A stretch of 64,000 bases of DNA from Candidatus Kapaibacterium sp. Its GTDB lineage: Bacteria > Bacteroidota > Ignavibacteria > Kapaibacteriales > NICIL-2. Location of the stretch: positions 9,958 to 73,957 of the forward strand of contig JBKCNS010000051.1 in assembly GCA_046297095.1 (NCBI GenBank), given 5' to 3'. The position numbers and the translations under genes were made by a program. This document shows positions 55,586 to 64,000 of this stretch, one piece after another (positions within the stretch are counted from its first letter, which is position 1; each line of letters opens with the position of its first letter). Below the pieces are notes generated by a model that saw only the letters and a program-made list of their open reading frames with translations, searched no databases and had not been told where the DNA came from.

Positions 55586-56344
55586 TTACTCTATGTCTTT
55601 AATAAACTCGATGGCTTCTTGCTGGCGCTTCTGATCACCGGGCTCCAGGGGTTTCAATGTTGATATTCTGCGAGCCACAGCTAATGCTTCCTGTTCACGG
55701 TCTCCTTCGGCTAAGCAGCGCGCATATTCCAGCTCGAACATGATAAAATCTTTGCGCAGCTCTCTGGCTTTGCTGAGGTACTGCAAAGCTTCGTCGTAAT
55801 TACCCCAACCCAAACCCAATGGCAAGCGAACAAATTTCGGCTTGCGCTGAACGTTTAAATGTGTGCGACCCAAAATGTAGTAGGCAGCAGCCAGACGCTG
55901 GGGTGTATCATTGTGTAATTGAATGGCCTTTGTGGCGTCATCGCGTACTTGAGTAACCACCGCGCCCACACTGAATATCCCCTTGGTCAAAGCAATTTTT
56001 CCGTTGGCCGCTGCGCGATACACATAAGCACCCATGCACGAAGAGTTTTTTTGCAAAGCTTTATTAGCAGCATCAACTGCTTGGTTGTACATCGTAATGC
56101 GCTTGTTCTCGTCCTGCTCTTGATCGCTAAGCAGTACCAGCACTCTGGACAAACGATATAATGCCTGACAGGAAGAAGGGTCTTCCTGCAAAGCTTTATC
56201 AATAGTTTGTTTCGCGCCGCGCACATCAAGTGCCTCTATCTGAGAGTCAAACTGACTGCATAGGGTGTTTACATCTGCATATACGGTACCTGCGGTGAGG
56301 AACAACGCAAGTAAAGCGGCGCGAACAGCAACGGAGAGTTTCAT
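55586..56344 (-). CDS. Exported TPR protein (RMDN-like)
   Basis: 252 aa. Signal peptide, ALYRLSRVLVLL, YRAAANGKIAL, AYYILGRTH and LGLGWGN. Confidence 0.7.
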   Translation of the reverse strand: MKLSVAVRAALLALFLTAGTVYADVNTLCSQFDSQIEALDVRGAKQTIDKALQEDPSSCQALYRLSRVLVLLSDQEQDENKRITMYNQAVDAANKALQKNSSCMGAYVYRAAANGKIALTKGIFSVGAVVTQVRDDATKAIQLHNDTPQRLAAAYYILGRTHLNVQRKPKFVRLPLGLGWGNYDEALQYLSKARELRKDFIMFELEYARCLAEGDREQEALAVARRISTLKPLEPGDQKRQQEAIEFIKDIE

Positions 56345-56506
56345 GGTTATAGGAGTAAAGTGTGATGTGCGAATATATCAGCAAATGCGTTTGAGAGAAT
56401 GCGTACACTGTGCCGCGAAAATGCGCGAAAATGCACAGTGAACTGCGTTGCAAAAAACTATCTTGCGCCGTCTTGCTTTGTGAGCCTAACACATCAGGGG
56501 AGAAGA

Positions 56507-57871
56507 ATGTCACATCGTCTGCGCAGCTTCGACATCACCATGTTGGTGATATCCTTAGTGATTGGTATAGGGATATTCCGCACGCCGCAAATTGTGGCTC
56601 AGCAAGCCGGTACACTGCCGCTGTTTGCGCTGGCGTGGGTGCTGGGCGCATTCTGTAGTATGTGCGGCGCGCTCACCTTTGCCCGTATAGGAACAATGCA
56701 TCCGGTGGCCGGGGGTTTTTACTCCATATTCAGCACGAGCTATCATCCGGGTTTGGCATTCGCGATGAATTGGTCGTTGGTGGTAACTAACGCCGCGAGC
56801 ATGGCCGGTGTGGCACTAATAGGAGCAGAGTATTTAGCGCCGGTAGTTGTGCAGGGCCCGGTGCGCGACATTCACCTTCATGGTATAGTGTGTACCATTG
56901 TGCTGGCGTTGTACATGTTCAACGTGCGTGGCTTGCGCTGGGGAGCAGGAACTCAGAACGCGCTCAGTCTTTTAAAGATTGTCATGATTCTTGGGCTCAG
57001 CTCCTTGATGTTTTTCGTGATAGGAAGCGAGTCGGTGCCGCAAGCAATTCACGAATCAGTACAACAGAGTGCCGGCGGTGCATCGCTCCATGATCAGGCG
57101 CCGTGGTACTCCGCGCTTGGCACCGCCCTGATCTCGGTATTCTTCACCTATGGCGGCTATCAAAGCACCATTAATATCGGTTCGGATATCGACACGCCGC
57201 AGCGCACTTTTCCTCGTGGAATTATCACCGCAATGATCATCGTGCTGCTGCTGTATGGCTTTGCCAATCTTGCATATGTGTATGTGTTGGGATTCGAGGT
57301 CGTGAAGTCCTCACCGTTGGTGGCGGCGCAGCTTGCGTCGGCGGTATTTGGCGAGAATGGCATGCGTGTAACAGGAATTGTCATTGCGGTGTCGGTGTTG
57401 GGGTTCCTGAACTCCGGCCTGATGTGCCTTCCGCAAACAATGACAGCCATGGCCGAAGACGGCATGCTGCCCTCGTACTTCTCGCGATCCATTCACGGCG
57501 AAGCAGTGAACGCCCGCACCCTTACCGTGTTTACCGTGCTCATGCTGGTGTTGTATTTCGGGCTGGGAACGTTTCAGCGGCTCATGAACTACGTGATGTT
57601 TACCGACTCCATGGCGCTTGCGCTTGGGGCCGGCTGCGTGTATGTGTTATCTGCTAAAAGTAAAGGCACCAAAAATATTCCCGCACCTTCTCTTCTATCT
57701 TGGATTAGTCATTATGTGGTACCGGCTGTGTTCATTGGAATAATGCTGATTGTTACCCTGAACGTCACTATTTCCGAGCCCGGCAACGCCATAGCCGGCA
57801 CTGTGGTGTTTATGCTTGGAGCGCTTGTGTTTATGCTTCGTCGATTTTTAGTTAAAGGTAAAAAGGTATAA
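56507..57871 (+). CDS. APC family amino acid permease
   Basis: LVIGIGIFRTP, ALTFARIG..HP.AGGFY, FFTYGGY and about 12 TM. Confidence 0.9.
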   Translation: MSHRLRSFDITMLVISLVIGIGIFRTPQIVAQQAGTLPLFALAWVLGAFCSMCGALTFARIGTMHPVAGGFYSIFSTSYHPGLAFAMNWSLVVTNAASMAGVALIGAEYLAPVVVQGPVRDIHLHGIVCTIVLALYMFNVRGLRWGAGTQNALSLLKIVMILGLSSLMFFVIGSESVPQAIHESVQQSAGGASLHDQAPWYSALGTALISVFFTYGGYQSTINIGSDIDTPQRTFPRGIITAMIIVLLLYGFANLAYVYVLGFEVVKSSPLVAAQLASAVFGENGMRVTGIVIAVSVLGFLNSGLMCLPQTMTAMAEDGMLPSYFSRSIHGEAVNARTLTVFTVLMLVLYFGLGTFQRLMNYVMFTDSMALALGAGCVYVLSAKSKGTKNIPAPSLLSWISHYVVPAVFIGIMLIVTLNVTISEPGNAIAGTVVFMLGALVFMLRRFLVKGKKV

Positions 57872-58032
57872 TTATTATCTCCATTATATTTTCGTTAGAA
57901 TAGTTTCAAGCCAACCTTTAGTGCTATTTTATTCCTGCAGTGGCGCGGGGTTTTTTATTCGATAGAAAACTCCTAATCTCTACCACCGCCACTACACTTT
58001 TTGCAGACGTACTTGTTTGCCGCTATTGGTTT

Positions 58033-58296
58033 ATGCGTTTATCACCGAAGATACATGTTCGTGTTTGCACTAATGTCTCGTGCGTGCTTCGCGGCGGAGA
58101 TGATGTGTTCGACAGTCTTTGCCGGCATGTGAAGTGCGACGACCCCGCAGGTGCGATATCGCGTGGCGTGGTAGTAGAACGCACCACCTGCTTGGGCCAC
58201 TGCACCCATGCCCCCGTGGTAGCGGTAAACGACGACCTTTACGAAGATGTAAACGTGGACGACCTTCCCGACTTATACAAAGAGATCGGCATCTGA
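58033..58296 (+). CDS. Stand-alone thioredoxin-like [2Fe-2S] ferredoxin (NuoE C-terminal-like)
   Basis: VCTNVSCVLRGG...TCLGHCTHAPVVAVND, with four Cys ligands. The open frame extends upstream to GTG 57940. Confidence 0.8.
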   Translation: MRLSPKIHVRVCTNVSCVLRGGDDVFDSLCRHVKCDDPAGAISRGVVVERTTCLGHCTHAPVVAVNDDLYEDVNVDDLPDLYKEIGI

Positions 58297-58491
58297 TCTA
58301 TTCTCCTTCCGTCCTGCTGTTGTGATCTCGTGATGTTGTGAAGTAGTAGTCGCTTCTGAGTGATCCTGATTCACTCCGAGTCATCCTGATGTGTCCGTGG
58401 TGTCCCCGGCCCGCCCGCTGCGTCGTTCTGTTTCGCTCTCTGCCCCATAGGTGCGATATTTGCGCTCGCTTCACTACTGCCTACTGCGTGT

Positions 58492-61400
58492 ATGTTCAAT
58501 CCCCTGCCGGAAAAAATCTCCTATCCTGAGCTCGAGGAAAACATCCTGGACTTCTGGGAAACCAGCGGTGTGTTTCAGCAATCGCTTGAACAGCGCGAGC
58601 GAGAGAATGCGCCATGGTTCAATTTCTACGAGGGACCTCCCACTGCCAATGGTGCACCCGGCATTCACCATGTGATGGCGCGTACCCTGAAGGATTTGGT
58701 GTGCCGGTACAAAACCATGCGCGGCTACTACGTGCGGCGCCAAGCCGGTTGGGATACACACGGTTTGCCTGTAGAGATTGCCGTGAGCAAGCAGTTGAAC
58801 CTGGTTACCAGAGACGACATCGCCGCGTACGGTATAGACCGCTACAACAAAGCCTGCCGCGACTTAGTAAATCATCATATCACCATGCAAGGTGGCTGGC
58901 GAACGCTTACCCGCCGCATGGGCTATTGGGTGGACATGGACAGCGCGTACATCACCTGCACCAACGAGTATATCGAATCGGTGTGGTGGGCGTTGAAACA
59001 GTACTTTGATAAAGGGCTTATCTACAAGGGATTCAAGGTGGTGCCGCAATCGCCCACTATCGAGACGCCGTTGTCGTCGCACGAGTTGTCGTTGGGGTAT
59101 AAGGAGGTGCGCGATCCCAACGTGTATCTGCGTTTGCGTATCACGGAATCGCCGCGAACCGAGCTCAATGGCGCATCGATACTGGTATGGACCACGACAC
59201 CCTGGACTTTGTTTGCCAATGTGGCGCTGGCTGTGGGAGAGAACATCGAATACGCCCATGTTCGTGTAACCACACAGCACGATGGCAACGAGCAGATCAA
59301 TCATTATGTACTTGCCACATCGCGGTTGAGCATTCTGGATGGAACCGTAGAAGTGCTTAGCACCTTTAGCGGCAAGGAGATACTAGGCTCTCGCTACGAG
59401 GCAATTTTCCCTGATGTGGAGTTGGATCTTCACGCACACCCCAATGCCTTGAGCATTGTGCATGGCGATTTTGTATCCACGGAAGACGGCAGCGGCGTGG
59501 TGCACTTAGCACCTGCATTCGGAACGGATGATTTTGACGCGCACAAGAAGTACAACCTGCCCATGCCGGTACATGTTACTCCCAACGGTCACTTCAAAGA
59601 GATAATCAAAGACTTTGCCGGACGTGCCATCAAGACCTTCACCTATGCCGATGGCAGTGTGGAAGAAGGATCGGACAAGGACATCATTATTGCTCTGAAA
59701 AAAGCGGGAAAAATTTTGAAGTCGTCCATGGACTACCTTCACAATTACCCTCACTGCTGGCGCACCGGAAACCCCGTGATGTACTACGCGCGCGACTCCT
59801 GGTTTATCAGCTCGCCCAAGTATCGCGAGCGCATGATCGAACTCAACAAGACCATTACCTGGCAGCCCGAGGAAATCGGCAGCGGTCGCTTTGGCAACTG
59901 GCTGGATGATGTTAAGGATTGGTCGCTTTCTCGCGACAGATTTTGGGGTACACCGCTTCCCATTTGGGTAAGCGAAGACGGCAGTGATGCTTTTGCCGTG
60001 GGATCTATAGAGGAACTCATGGAGGGCTTCTACCTTACTCCCGGCGGTGCACGCGTACCCGTGGCAGTTTCCGATGCAGAGCTCGATCTTCATCGTCCCT
60101 TCGTGGATAACATTGTGTTCGAGCGCAACGGCAAAACATACAAGCGCGTGAGCGAGGTAATCGATGTGTGGTTCGACAGCGGCTCGATGCCCTTTGCGCA
60201 ATTCCATTACCCCTTCGAGAACAAGGAACTTTTCGAAAAGTCGTTCCCTGCAGATTTTATCGCCGAAGGTATAGACCAAACTCGCGGATGGTTCTACACG
60301 CTGCACAATATCGGCACCGCGGTGTTCGATAAACCCGCGTATCGTTCGGTGGTGGTGAACGAATTGGTGCTGGACAAAGACGGCAAGAAAATGAGCAAGA
60401 GCCTGGGGAACACGGTAGATCCCTTTGCTATGATGAACACCTACGGCGCCGATGCGCTACGCTGGTACTTCATGGTAAGCAATCCGCCGTGGAAGCCCAC
60501 GCGATTCGCAGAGAAGGATATTGCCGATACCGTGATTGCCGATTTCTTCCGCTCGCTCACCAATACCTACGCATTCTTTGCACTGTATGCTAATGTGGAT
60601 GGATTCACCGGCACCGAGCCCATGGTGCCCGTTGATGAGCGCCCGGAGATCGATCGCTGGATATTGAGTGCATTACACTCACTTCGAATTTCGTACTGCA
60701 CCTACATGGATGCGTACGATATCACGCGTGCAGCCCGCGCCGTGCAAGACTTTGTTCGCAACGATGTATCCAACTGGTATGTTCGTCGCAACAGACGTCG
60801 CTTCTGGAAGGGCGAGAACGACGCCGACAAAACCGCAGCGTATCAAACACTTCGCACGGTGCTCATGGATGTTAGCGAGCTCATCGCTCCCATCGCGCCG
60901 TTCTTGGCGGAAGAGTTATATCAACGCTTGGCAGTGGACGGAGATATATCCTCCGTGCATTTGCGCACCTTGCACCCGGGCGATGGCGCCGCCGTAGACG
61001 CCGACCTGGAACGCCGCATGGCTGCAGCGCAGCGCATTGTGTTCCTTGCTCGATCGCTTCGCGAAAAATCAAAAATCAAAACACGGCAACCATTGCAGCG
61101 CATTCTTGTGCCGGTGATGACTCCCCAGCAGCGCCGAGACATCCAAGCTGTGGAGAGTTTGATTTGCGAGGAGATCAACGTAAAGGGCATCGAGTATGTT
61201 ACCGACGATGTCGGTATCGTGCGGCGCAGTGCCAAAGCTAATTTTAAGTCGATGGGTAAAAAGGCCGGCAAGAACATGAAGGCCATTGCCGATATCATTC
61301 GCACCTTTACGAACGATCACGTACGCATTCTTCAACGCGGCGAGTTTGTTCCTGTAACGGTAGAAAACGAAACGTACTCGATTACCCTGGAGGATGTAGA

Positions 61401-61743
61401 AATTCTCTCCGAGGATATCGAGGGATGGCTGGTGGCAAGCGAGGGCGACACTACCGTTGCTCTGGATACCGAGCTTACTCCCGCTTTGGTGGCAGAGGGC
61501 CATGCTCGCGAGTTTGTTAATCGCGTGCAGAACCTTCGCAAGAAGGCGGGCCTGGAGGTTACCGATCGCGTGGTGATTCGATATAGCACCGGCAGTGATG
61601 TTCTTCGCAGTGCTTTGCAAAGTACCTCGGAGTATATCTGCACGGAAACACTGGCCACTGCGCTGGAGCACCATGAACTCACAGACGGCGAGGCCACAGA
61701 CATCAACGAATTGGATGTGGTGATTCAGGTTGAAAAGGCATAA
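58492..61743 (+). CDS. ileS: Isoleucine--tRNA ligase, type 2
   Basis: 1083 aa. FYEGPPTANG.PGIHH, GWDTHGLPVE, WTTTPWTL, SRDRFWGTPLP, EGIDQTRGWF and KMSKS. Confidence 0.97.
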   Translation: MFNPLPEKISYPELEENILDFWETSGVFQQSLEQRERENAPWFNFYEGPPTANGAPGIHHVMARTLKDLVCRYKTMRGYYVRRQAGWDTHGLPVEIAVSKQLNLVTRDDIAAYGIDRYNKACRDLVNHHITMQGGWRTLTRRMGYWVDMDSAYITCTNEYIESVWWALKQYFDKGLIYKGFKVVPQSPTIETPLSSHELSLGYKEVRDPNVYLRLRITESPRTELNGASILVWTTTPWTLFANVALAVGENIEYAHVRVTTQHDGNEQINHYVLATSRLSILDGTVEVLSTFSGKEILGSRYEAIFPDVELDLHAHPNALSIVHGDFVSTEDGSGVVHLAPAFGTDDFDAHKKYNLPMPVHVTPNGHFKEIIKDFAGRAIKTFTYADGSVEEGSDKDIIIALKKAGKILKSSMDYLHNYPHCWRTGNPVMYYARDSWFISSPKYRERMIELNKTITWQPEEIGSGRFGNWLDDVKDWSLSRDRFWGTPLPIWVSEDGSDAFAVGSIEELMEGFYLTPGGARVPVAVSDAELDLHRPFVDNIVFERNGKTYKRVSEVIDVWFDSGSMPFAQFHYPFENKELFEKSFPADFIAEGIDQTRGWFYTLHNIGTAVFDKPAYRSVVVNELVLDKDGKKMSKSLGNTVDPFAMMNTYGADALRWYFMVSNPPWKPTRFAEKDIADTVIADFFRSLTNTYAFFALYANVDGFTGTEPMVPVDERPEIDRWILSALHSLRISYCTYMDAYDITRAARAVQDFVRNDVSNWYVRRNRRRFWKGENDADKTAAYQTLRTVLMDVSELIAPIAPFLAEELYQRLAVDGDISSVHLRTLHPGDGAAVDADLERRMAAAQRIVFLARSLREKSKIKTRQPLQRILVPVMTPQQRRDIQAVESLICEEINVKGIEYVTDDVGIVRRSAKANFKSMGKKAGKNMKAIADIIRTFTNDHVRILQRGEFVPVTVENETYSITLEDVEILSEDIEGWLVASEGDTTVALDTELTPALVAEGHAREFVNRVQNLRKKAGLEVTDRVVIRYSTGSDVLRSALQSTSEYICTETLATALEHHELTDGEATDINELDVVIQVEKA

Positions 61744-61760
61744 CGTCCGTGGTGACAGCA

Positions 61761-61826
61761 AGCTTGGAGCAGATAGCTTGAGCAGATAGCTTGAGCAGAT
61801 AGCTTGAGCAGATGGCTTAAGCAGCA
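61761..61826 (+). repeat. 13-bp tandem repeat (AGCTTGAGCAGAT), about 5 units
   Basis: Three perfect and two degenerate copies between ileS and the M16 peptidase gene. Confidence 0.92.
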
Positions 61827-61850
61827 AGTGAATAAGCCGAGCGCATACAT

Positions 61851-63164
61851 ATGCCTTCATACATTTTCAGGAACCTTATGACTTCAGGTCTGCGCGCAGC
61901 GCAGCTAGTGCCCACCGGTGTTTCGGGAACGGAGAAATCCATTCTTCCTAATGGCGTGCGCGTTATCACCGAGCATGTTCCCGGCGCGCACTCGTTTGCG
62001 CTGGGCATTTGGGTGAATGTGGGTACGCGCGATGAAGACCCAACCACGGCCGGCATAGCGCATATGATCGAGCACTTGGTGTTTCGGCGCAGCAGCACAC
62101 GCAGTTCGCGCCAGATTGCATCGGCGTTCGAGGCGCGCGGCGCCTATGTAAATGCCTTTACGAGCAAAGAGCAAACGTGCTACTATGTGCGTGCGTTGGA
62201 TGCGCATTTTCATTCCTGCCTTGAAGTACTGAGCGATATCGTGATGAACCCGGTGTTTCACATTCGCGATGTTGAGAAAGAGCGCAGCGTGATTCTGGAG
62301 GAGCTCAAGAGCTACGACGACGAACCCGAGGAGTTGATTCTGGATATTGCCGAGCAGCATTTGTTTGGCGATCACCCCATGGGGCTGCCTATTGCCGGGC
62401 ATGCGCATACCGTGCAGGCAATTCGCGTGAAGCATCTGCGCGAGTTTCACAGTGCGTGGTATCATCCCGGAAACATCACAGTGGCTGTGGCCGGAGGCAT
62501 GGAGCATAGCGATATAGTCCGCGCCGTGAGCGAGGTAATGAAGCACCATACGGCTAAGCGGGGCTCGCGCTACCGAGTGCCGAATGCACGCACGTTGCCC
62601 CGAGCTCGCCGAGCGTCGGTTCATTCCATGGAACGTCCTTTTCAGCAAACGCACTTGTGCTTTGTGCGGCGCACCACAGGTGTTCGCCATCCGCAGCGCT
62701 GGGCGCTTACATTGCTGAACACCATTCTTGGCGATGGCATGAGCTCGCGCTTGCATCAACGCATTCGCGATAAACTTGGCGGTGCCTATTCGGTGAATTC
62801 AACCCTGCAGCTGCTTACCGATTGCGGTGTGATGGCAGTGTATGCCGGCGTGGAGCGCTCTTCGGCAGCACGCATCGAACAGGCATTAAAAAAAGAATTG
62901 AATAGTCTTGCCGCCGGCGTGAGTGCCACCGAGCTTCGACGGGCCAAGGAACAAGTAAAGTCCGGAATGATTATGTCGTTGGAAAGCATGTCTGCCCGCA
63001 TGAACTCGCTGGCCAAAGCCGAGTTGGAAGAAGGTGTATTCGAAGAAGTTCGCCACACTCTGGAAGCTATAGACTCCGTGACTATGGCAGATATGAAATC
63101 CACTGCCGAAGCTCTTGGTGCTGCCACCGCATGGACGCAGGTTCGTATCGTGGGTTCAGAGTAA
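61851..63164 (+). CDS. M16 family (insulinase-like) zinc peptidase
   Basis: LPNGVRVITE, VGTRDE, AHMIEH (HXXEH), NAFTSKEQTCYY and ILGDGMSSRL. Confidence 0.93.
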   Translation: MPSYIFRNLMTSGLRAAQLVPTGVSGTEKSILPNGVRVITEHVPGAHSFALGIWVNVGTRDEDPTTAGIAHMIEHLVFRRSSTRSSRQIASAFEARGAYVNAFTSKEQTCYYVRALDAHFHSCLEVLSDIVMNPVFHIRDVEKERSVILEELKSYDDEPEELILDIAEQHLFGDHPMGLPIAGHAHTVQAIRVKHLREFHSAWYHPGNITVAVAGGMEHSDIVRAVSEVMKHHTAKRGSRYRVPNARTLPRARRASVHSMERPFQQTHLCFVRRTTGVRHPQRWALTLLNTILGDGMSSRLHQRIRDKLGGAYSVNSTLQLLTDCGVMAVYAGVERSSAARIEQALKKELNSLAAGVSATELRRAKEQVKSGMIMSLESMSARMNSLAKAELEEGVFEEVRHTLEAIDSVTMADMKSTAEALGAATAWTQVRIVGSE

Positions 63165-63223
63165 GCGATGAGTGATGAGAAGATTCAATCCATTCAACAA
63201 ACTCAATCCATTCTATCCATTCA

Positions 63224-64000
63224 ATGAGTACTGCGCCTTGCATCGTGTATATGGGTACTGCGGACTTCGGTGTTCCCGCATTGTCTGCGTTGCATCACAC
63301 CTTTGGCGTGAAGGCAGTGGTTACTATTCCCGATGTACCTGTTGGCCGCGGCCGCAGTGTGAAGCCGTCGCCCATTAAAACGGCTGCGCTGAATCTTGGT
63401 ATCGAAACTATACTGCAGCCCGCTTCTCTGCGCGATCCGGAGTTTGTGGAAGAACTTCGGCAACTGCAGCCGGATATTATCTGCGTGATTGCCTTTCGTA
63501 TTCTGCCGCGCGTCGTGTATTCGCTTGCCAAGCGCGGCGCCTTTAACGTGCATGGCAGCTTGCTTCCTAAGTACCGCGGTGCGGCTCCCATTCATCACGC
63601 AATAATGAACGGCGATGATGTGAGCGGCGTGACGTCGTTTTTACTTAACGATGTAGTGGACACAGGTACAATGCTGTGCCGAGCGGAGCAAGCCATTCCG
63701 GATGGAACCACAACGGGCGAACTCTATGCAGCGCTGATGCCTCATGCTGCCAATGTGGCTGTGCAAACCGTGCACCTGCTTCTGCAGGATGAGATAACAC
63801 CCCAAGTACAGGATGAGTCTCTGGCTTCCGCAGCGCCTAAAGTGTGGCGCGAGAAAAGCAGTATCGATTGGCAACAACCCGCACGCCGTGTGCGGCAATT
63901 TATCTTGGGATTATCGCCTTTGCCGTGTGCATGGACCATGATGAACGGCGATCGTGTGAAGATCTACAGGGCATCTGTTGCCGGCGGCATCGCTATGCCC
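63224..64000 (+). CDS. fmt: Methionyl-tRNA formyltransferase (runs off the window)
   Basis: MSTAPCIVYMGTADFGVPAL, VVTIPD.PVGRG, LQPASLRDP, AFRILP, NVHGSLLPKYRGAAPIH and DTG. Confidence 0.95.
   Translation, partial: MSTAPCIVYMGTADFGVPALSALHHTFGVKAVVTIPDVPVGRGRSVKPSPIKTAALNLGIETILQPASLRDPEFVEELRQLQPDIICVIAFRILPRVVYSLAKRGAFNVHGSLLPKYRGAAPIHHAIMNGDDVSGVTSFLLNDVVDTGTMLCRAEQAIPDGTTTGELYAALMPHAANVAVQTVHLLLQDEITPQVQDESLASAAPKVWREKSSIDWQQPARRVRQFILGLSPLPCAWTMMNGDRVKIYRASVAGGIAMP

Noticed and set aside
58297-58491. T-box leader before ileS
   Set aside because: No T-box consensus or terminator/antiterminator; the region is short and low-complexity.
59506-60306. Long alternative ORFs such as 59506-60306(-), 61905-62759(-), 26549-27412(+), 29259-30029(-) and 13316-14041(+)
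   Set aside because: They are antisense shadows of well-supported genes, with no recognisable motifs.
61761-61826. Possible CRISPR array (also considered for 21743-21850, 30271-30312 and 52621-52656)
   Set aside because: Units are 11-14 bp, directly adjacent, with no unique spacers and no cas genes.
1-64000. Prophage, IS, integrase, rRNA or tRNA genes
   Set aside because: No corresponding motifs or cloverleaf structures were recognised; a short tRNA or sRNA could have been missed without a covariance search.

Overview
Chromosomal window of about 49 genes, probably from a Bacteroidota/Chlorobi-group bacterium such as Candidatus Kapaibacterium or Ignavibacteria. This placement is inferred from five T9SS-type C-terminal sorting domains, TAnnTT(T)G promoter boxes and a GIHH-type IleRS2. 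Most genes are housekeeping (rnpA end, yidD, yidC, aspC, ftsL/ftsI, pyrD, plsY, dnaX, fcl, gmk, yicC, radC, tamB, clpS, ileS, fmt), interleaved with secreted and uncharacterised proteins. No rRNA, tRNA, CRISPR, integrase or transposase was seen. The strongest leads are: (1) a 4.3-kb AT-richer PhoX + di-haem peroxidase islet bounded by a perfect 22-bp direct repeat that equals the predicted plsY 5' leader; (2) an intact, full-length orphan HsdM-like protein that has lost its catalytic NPPF/Y motif; (3) a membrane protein with a GldL/PorL-like proton-channel hairpin followed by an effector-less STAND ATPase; (4) an ECF sigma paired with a dual-membrane-spanning (Dma/Reo-like) anti-sigma; (5) a class-1/class-2 hybrid dihydroorotate dehydrogenase; (6) recurrent short tandem repeats at gene ends, one of which stacks 12 in-frame stop codons. 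All family assignments come from motifs read by eye and recalled consensus sequences; no database search was run.
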